Positions 35,243 through 39,975 of a stretch of 39,975 nt of DNA are shown piece by piece (the stretch's first letter is position 1; every line of letters starts with the position of its first letter). The notes beneath the pieces were generated by a model that did no database searches, was not told the origin of the DNA, and was given only the letters and a program-made list of their open reading frames with translations. Position numbers and translations under genes: made by a program. Origin of the DNA: Gemmatimonadales bacterium (GTDB lineage Bacteria > Gemmatimonadota > Gemmatimonadetes > Gemmatimonadales > GWC2-71-9). Location: the NCBI GenBank assembly GCA_041613315.1, contig JBFJHJ010000030.1, positions 1 to 39,975 of the forward strand. Direction: 5' to 3'.

Positions 35243-36786
35243 CAGCGAGCTCCCTCGATGCGCCACCGCGCGATGTCGGCGAGCTCACCCCGGAGATCTG
35301 GCGCCGCCCCCACGACTCGGCGGTTGGCGCCATGGAGCCCGCGGGCGTGGTAGAGCCACGTCACGGGATGATCCCGCGCGAGGATCCGCTGTACCGCCCG
35401 CCAGGCCGCCTCGAGCGCGCCGGCGTCCGTCGCCTGCCGCACCGCAGCGAGTCCCGCGTCCAGCTCCCGGTTCCGGTACCCGGGGTAGGCCAGCGGCCCG
35501 GGCTGCTCGCCGTCGAACATGGCCGCGACGTGCCCCAGCGCAAGATCGCCCGGCACCCCGATGACGAGCGCGTCGAAGTCCCGGCGCGCGCTTTGCGCCA
35601 CATCGAGGAATGTGCCGAGCTCGAGCGCTCGGATGGTCACCCGCACGCCGACGGCGCGGAGCTGCGCCTGGAGCATCTGCTCCAGCGGCAGGTCGCCGCT
35701 GCCGACTGTCAGGAGCTCGAACGCGAGCCGCCGCCCACCGTTGCGCCGGACGCCGTCCGGTCCGGGGTGCCACCCGGCCGCTTCGAGGGCACGCATCGCC
35801 TCCGCCGGATCGAACGGCAGTCCCGGCACGCGCTCGTGCCACGGGTGCTCGGGCGGGACCGGTCCATGGGCGACCACCCCAAACCGGTAGAGGTAGGCCT
35901 CGACGATGAGCTGACGGTCGATCGCCGTCGTGAGCGCGCGGCGCACCACTGCGTCGTCGAAGGGCGGGCGTCGCAGGTTCCAGACCACGGCGTACGCGAA
36001 CAAGATCGGATAGTCGATCACCCGGAGGCGGGGATCGCGCCGCACGAAGTCGGCGTGTGCGGGGCTGATGCCGGCAAAATCCAACTCCCCCGAGGTCAGC
36101 GCCGCGAGCTTCGTCGCCGGCTCATCCACGACGGCCACGACGAACCGCTCCACCGCGGGGACGCCGAGCGCGGATGGGAAGTCGTCGGCACGCTGGAACA
36201 CCCATCGTTGGTTCGCACGATGCTCGCGGTACCGGAACGGGCCATTGCCCACCGGATGGGCGTTGAACGGCGCCGCGCGGATCCCCGCTGGGGGAACGTC
36301 GGCGAAGCCGTGCGCCGGGAGGATGGGAAGGTCGGTCAGCACGTCGGGAAAGGTAGGCTGCGCCCGGTCGTACCGCACGACGACGGTGAGTGAATCGGCC
36401 ACCGTCACCTCGCGCACCGCGGCCAGGTCCCGGGCGCGCGGATACGCCACGGCGGGGTCCCGCGCCATCTCCAGGGTCCACGCCACATCGCGGGCGCGGG
36501 TCGGGACTCCGTCGTGCCACCGCACGTCGGATCGGAGCCGGAAGGTGAGCACGGTGCGGTCGCGGCTCCAGCTCCAGTCGGCGAGCCGCGGCATCGGCCG
36601 AAACGCCGAGTCGTACGCCGCGAGCGTCAGGAACAGCACGTGCTTCTGCACCGCTTTGGCGAGCGGATGGACCGTGATCAAGGGATTGACCGATTGGAGG
36701 TCCGCGCCGGACGCGTAGAGCACGGTCCCTGGTCGCCGAGCCGCCGGGTCGCCGGCACAGGCGGCGAGTAAGACGGCCCACGCCAC
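35242..36786 (-). CDS. Family 5 (peptide/nickel) ABC transporter substrate-binding lipoprotein
   Basis: Lipobox LAAC; TF.LR..V.WHDG.P....DV..T, PVGNGPF, VRRAL..AIDR. Start uncertain (GTG 36786 or ATG 36879). Confidence 0.9.
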   Translation of the reverse strand: MAWAVLLAACAGDPAARRPGTVLYASGADLQSVNPLITVHPLAKAVQKHVLFLTLAAYDSAFRPMPRLADWSWSRDRTVLTFRLRSDVRWHDGVPTRARDVAWTLEMARDPAVAYPRARDLAAVREVTVADSLTVVVRYDRAQPTFPDVLTDLPILPAHGFADVPPAGIRAAPFNAHPVGNGPFRYREHRANQRWVFQRADDFPSALGVPAVERFVVAVVDEPATKLAALTSGELDFAGISPAHADFVRRDPRLRVIDYPILFAYAVVWNLRRPPFDDAVVRRALTTAIDRQLIVEAYLYRFGVVAHGPVPPEHPWHERVPGLPFDPAEAMRALEAAGWHPGPDGVRRNGGRRLAFELLTVGSGDLPLEQMLQAQLRAVGVRVTIRALELGTFLDVAQSARRDFDALVIGVPGDLALGHVAAMFDGEQPGPLAYPGYRNRELDAGLAAVRQATDAGALEAAWRAVQRILARDHPVTWLYHARGLHGANRRVVGAAPDLRGELADIARWRIEGAR

Positions 36787-36865
36787 GCACCGCCCGGCGA
36801 TCGCCGCGGGCCGCCAGGCGGCCCACGCTCTTGACGCGCCGGAAAACGGGGAGCGACTGTAGCGG

Positions 36866-37858
36866 ATGCTCGCCGCCATCGGCCGCCGCATGGCCCTCGG
36901 GCTGGGTGTCGTGTTCGTCGTGGTCACGATCACGTTCATCCTGGTCAACCTCGCGCCCGGCGACCCGGCGCGGTTGTGGGTTGGCCCGGCTGCGGGGCAA
37001 GCGGAGCTGGACGCCGCGCGGCGCGCCTTGGGGCTCGACCGACCGCTGGCGGTCCGCTACCTCGCCTGGCTGTGGGACTTCGCGCGGGGAGATTGGGGAA
37101 CGAGCCTGGCCGCACAGCGGCCCGTAGCTCACGTCGTTCGCGACGCGCTTCCCCACACGCTCGTCCTCTCCGCCGCGTCACTGCTCGTAACATATCTCGC
37201 GGGCGTCGTGATCGGCGTCGTACAAGCACTGCGCCACCGCAGCCCCCTCGACACCGGACTCACCGTAACCTCGCTGGCCGTGTACGGTATGCCGGCCTAC
37301 TGGCTGGCGATCATGCTGGTGCTGGTCTTCGCCTACGGCGCCGTCCGGCTCGACTGGCCGATGTGGCTCCGGCTCCCGGCCATGGGCGTCGCCTCCCTGG
37401 ACGCCGATTTTCTCGGCCCCTGGGACCGGCTGGCCGATCGCGTTCGGCACCTCGTGCTGCCCCTCGCGACGCTGGGGGCCATCGGCGCGGCGGGCGCAGC
37501 CCGGTACGTCCGTGGCGCCGTGCTCGACATCAAGCCCCTGCCGTTCGTGCGGGCGGCGCGGGCGCGGGGGCTCGCCCCTCGCACCGTGACCGTCCGCTAC
37601 CTCCTCCGCAACGCGCTCTTGCCGGTGATCACGCTCCTCGGGTTGTCGCTTCCCGCGTTGTTTTCCGGCACCGTGTTCGTGGAGGTGATCTTCGCCTGGC
37701 CGGGGATGGGGCGCGTCATGGTCGCCGCGGTCGCCGCCCGCGACGCCCCCGTGGTGATGGCCACGACCGCGATCTTTGCGATCCTGGTCGTCGCGGGTAA
37801 CCTCCTGGCCGATCTCCTCTACGGTGCCGCCGACCCCCGGCTCCGGAGCGACGAATGA
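36866..37858 (+). CDS. ABC transporter permease (OppB/DppB-type)
   Basis: PGDPA, GLDRPL..RY..W, GDWGTS, HLVLP, EAA-like FVRAARARGL, EVIF.WPGMG, NLLADLLY...DPR. Confidence 0.93.
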   Translation: MLAAIGRRMALGLGVVFVVVTITFILVNLAPGDPARLWVGPAAGQAELDAARRALGLDRPLAVRYLAWLWDFARGDWGTSLAAQRPVAHVVRDALPHTLVLSAASLLVTYLAGVVIGVVQALRHRSPLDTGLTVTSLAVYGMPAYWLAIMLVLVFAYGAVRLDWPMWLRLPAMGVASLDADFLGPWDRLADRVRHLVLPLATLGAIGAAGAARYVRGAVLDIKPLPFVRAARARGLAPRTVTVRYLLRNALLPVITLLGLSLPALFSGTVFVEVIFAWPGMGRVMVAAVAARDAPVVMATTAIFAILVVAGNLLADLLYGAADPRLRSDE

Positions 37859-38733
37859 CCTTCCTCGCGGCGCTGATCCGGGATCGGCGCGCGGCCAGCG
37901 GCCTCGCGATCCTCGCCCTGCTCACCGTCCTGGGGATGCTCGCGCCGCTCCTTGCCCCAACCGATCCGGTGGCGCAACCCGACGTGCTGCGGACCCGCTT
38001 CCTCGCCCCGCTCACGACGGGCCTCGACGGGACGATGCACTGGCTGGGCACCGATCAGTTCGGACGCGACCTCTTCTCCCGGCTGGTCTTCGGCGCGCGC
38101 ATCTCGCTGGCGGTCGGGTTCCTCTCGGTCACGGTAGCCGTCGGGCTGGGTACGGCGGTGGGCGTGATCGCGGCCCTCGCCGGGGGGGCCGTGGAGCGCA
38201 CCCTGATGGCGGTGACCGATGCGGCGCTCGCCCTCCCCCGCCTCGTGCTGCTGCTGGCACTGGTGACGCTGTGGACACCGAGTCTCGTGCTCATCGTCCT
38301 GGTGCTCGGGCTGACCGGGTGGATGGGCGTGGCGCGCCTAACCCGCGCCGAGGTCAAGGGGGTCTTGGCCCGGCCGTTCATTGAGGCGGCGCGGGCGGCG
38401 GGCGTGAACGCCTGGGCCCTCGCGTGGCGCCACTTGCTGCCCAATGCCGTGACGCCGATCGTAATCGCGGCGGCCCTTGGCGTGGGCAACGCGATCATGC
38501 TGGAGGCCGGCTTGTCGTTTCTCGGCTTCGGCGTGCCGGCGCCGGCACCGTCCTGGGGCAACATGATCGCGGCAGGGCGCGACGCGCTGGTGAACGCGCC
38601 GTGGATCGCAACGTTTCCCGGCCTCGCCGTGGTACTCGCCGTCGTCAGCTGCAACCTGATCGGCGACGGCGCGCGGGACGCCCTGGATCCCGCGGCCCCG
38701 CGTCCGCTTTCGCCGCGGCCACCCGCCTCGTAA
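37855..38733 (+). CDS. ABC transporter permease (OppC/DppC-type)
   Basis: HWLGTDQFGRD.FSR...GARISL, FIEAARA.G, HLLPN, EAGLSFLG.G....PSWG.MI, GD..RDALDP. Confidence 0.93.
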   Translation: MTFLAALIRDRRAASGLAILALLTVLGMLAPLLAPTDPVAQPDVLRTRFLAPLTTGLDGTMHWLGTDQFGRDLFSRLVFGARISLAVGFLSVTVAVGLGTAVGVIAALAGGAVERTLMAVTDAALALPRLVLLLALVTLWTPSLVLIVLVLGLTGWMGVARLTRAEVKGVLARPFIEAARAAGVNAWALAWRHLLPNAVTPIVIAAALGVGNAIMLEAGLSFLGFGVPAPAPSWGNMIAAGRDALVNAPWIATFPGLAVVLAVVSCNLIGDGARDALDPAAPRPLSPRPPAS

Positions 38734-38761
38734 ACTGAGGTCACGACCTCGGGAGGGGATC

Positions 38762-39166
38762 ATGAAGACGCGACTGACCGCCCCCATCGCGCTCGGCGCC
38801 ATCGCGGTGCTGTTGGCCGCCGGATGCGGCGACGAGAGCACGGGCCCCAGCGTGGACTTGACCGGCACGTACGACTTGGAGTCGGTGACGTTCCCCGGGC
38901 AGCAACCGCTGACCCCGCCGACCGCCGTGGGTACCCTCGTGCTCACGCAGACCACCTACGACGTAAACATCACAATCGCGACCAACCCGCCGCAGCAGGT
39001 GAGCGACCAGGGCGAGTACTCCACCTCGGGCAACACGTGGAGCCAGACATCGTCGGTGAACGGTTCCCAGGCCGTCGGGAACTACACCCTGTCGGGCACC
39101 CGGCTCACGGTCAACACCACGCTGCAAGGGCTCCCTATCGTCTCGGTCTGGCTCCGTAGGGGCTGA
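38762..39166 (+). CDS. Small beta-rich lipoprotein (lipocalin-like)
   Basis: SD GGAGG; lipobox LAAGC; LTGTY.L N-terminal motif; Thr/Ser-rich beta strands. Confidence 0.65.
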   Translation: MKTRLTAPIALGAIAVLLAAGCGDESTGPSVDLTGTYDLESVTFPGQQPLTPPTAVGTLVLTQTTYDVNITIATNPPQQVSDQGEYSTSGNTWSQTSSVNGSQAVGNYTLSGTRLTVNTTLQGLPIVSVWLRRG

Positions 39167-39168
39167 GC

Positions 39169-39975
39169 GTGACGCGCGTGCGTCGGTGCCCGCGACATCT
39201 CGCTGCCGCGATGCTCGCGCTGAGCGCGGCGCCGCTGGGGGCCCAGTCCCGCGTCGGTGCCATCGCCGGCGAGGTTCGTGGCGAGGGGGACGGGCGCCCC
39301 CTCGCAGAGGCGACGGTCCTGCTGCTCGGCACCTTCCTGCAGACCAGCACCAACCTGCGCGGTCAGTACCGTTTCGCCGAGCTGGAGCCCGGCCGGTACG
39401 CCGTACGGGTGGTGGCGACCGGGTTCGAGAGCGCCGTCCAACGGGACGTGCCCGTCGCGGCCGGGGAGACCAGCCGGCTGGACTTCGGGCTCCGTGCGGT
39501 GGCGTTCGAGCTGCCGGGCGTCGTGGTGACGGCCAGCCGGTCCGCGGCCCGGCCCGGCGATACCCCCGCGAGCGTCGCCGTGCTGAGCGACTCGGCGATC
39601 CAGCGGCGCAGCGTGGTGACGGTCGAGGACGCTCTGCCGTTCGTGCCCGGCGTCATCATCAACAGCGGCCAGCTCGACATTCGGGGCGCGACGGGACTCG
39701 CGCGCGGCGTCGGCAGCCGCGTGCTGATGCTCCTGGACGGCCATCGAGTGCTAGCCGGCGCCGACGGGAGCATCAACTACGACCTGCTCCCCGTGCTCGA
39801 CATCGACCGCGTCGAGGTCGTCAAGGGACCACTGTCCACGCTGTACGGGAGCAACGCGTTGGGCGGCGTGGTCAACCTGATCACAAAGTCCATTCCCGAG
39901 CGGCCCGAAACGGCGATCAAGACCCACCTCGGCATCTACGATCCGCCGACGCTGTTCCGCTTCACGGACGAGACG
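39169..39975 (+). CDS. TonB-dependent receptor, N-terminal part (carboxypeptidase-regulatory-like domain + plug); runs off the window end
   Basis: Read manually: signal peptide, GAIAGEV...PLAEATV...T..RG.YRF..L.PGRY, TonB box LPGVVVTASR, plug IRG...RVL.L.DG, IDRVEVVKGP.STLYGSNALGGVVNLITK. Confidence 0.92.
   Translation, partial: MTRVRRCPRHLAAAMLALSAAPLGAQSRVGAIAGEVRGEGDGRPLAEATVLLLGTFLQTSTNLRGQYRFAELEPGRYAVRVVATGFESAVQRDVPVAAGETSRLDFGLRAVAFELPGVVVTASRSAARPGDTPASVAVLSDSAIQRRSVVTVEDALPFVPGVIINSGQLDIRGATGLARGVGSRVLMLLDGHRVLAGADGSINYDLLPVLDIDRVEVVKGPLSTLYGSNALGGVVNLITKSIPERPETAIKTHLGIYDPPTLFRFTDET

Noticed and set aside
130..39776. Numerous long overlapping or antisense ORFs in the six-frame track (e.g. 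19411-20844 +, 22242-23879 +, 20866-22452 -, 35227-36393 +)
   Set aside because: Arg/Pro/Gly-rich shadow frames expected in high-GC DNA; they overlap genes with clear family motifs and have none of their own.

Overview
GC-rich bacterial chromosomal window with tightly coupled operons (many ATGA/GTGA overlaps). Gene content and style suggest Gemmatimonadota, which is an inference only. From left to right: (1) the N-terminal part of a secreted M6-type metalloprotease and a PAP2 phosphatase; (2) a four-gene sphingolipid-type operon (Spt, bCerS-like GNAT, NAD(P)-dependent reductase, Aur1/IPC-synthase-like PAP2); (3) a convergent three-gene copper module (lipoprotein cupredoxin, DedA/VTT membrane protein, and an uncharacterised secreted protein with the full CuH/CuM ligand pattern of PHM/DBM-type monooxygenases), preceded by a perfect Rex operator; (4) a Cys-cluster protein and a rhodanese-MBL fusion; (5) a VIT-vWA/ECF sigma/zinc anti-sigma operon; (6) XdhC and an AhpD/CMD-like protein; (7) an alternative complex III operon (actABCDEF); (8) a long minus-strand string of family-5 SBP, GHMP kinase, heparinase II/III-like lyase, TrmJ, class-III aminotransferase, two amidohydrolases, DapA-like, DHOD-like and OSBS/NAAAR-like enzymes; (9) divergent ABC permeases, a lipoprotein and the start of a TonB-dependent receptor. 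Several short intergenic elements are built from 7- or 8-bp tandem units in inverted orientation. No rRNA, tRNA, CRISPR, IS or phage genes were seen. Best candidates for an undescribed system: the Rex-controlled cupredoxin/DedA/PHM-like monooxygenase module, the ceramide operon with an Aur1-like head-group transferase, and the amidohydrolase/DapA/DHOD/NAAAR enzyme cassette.
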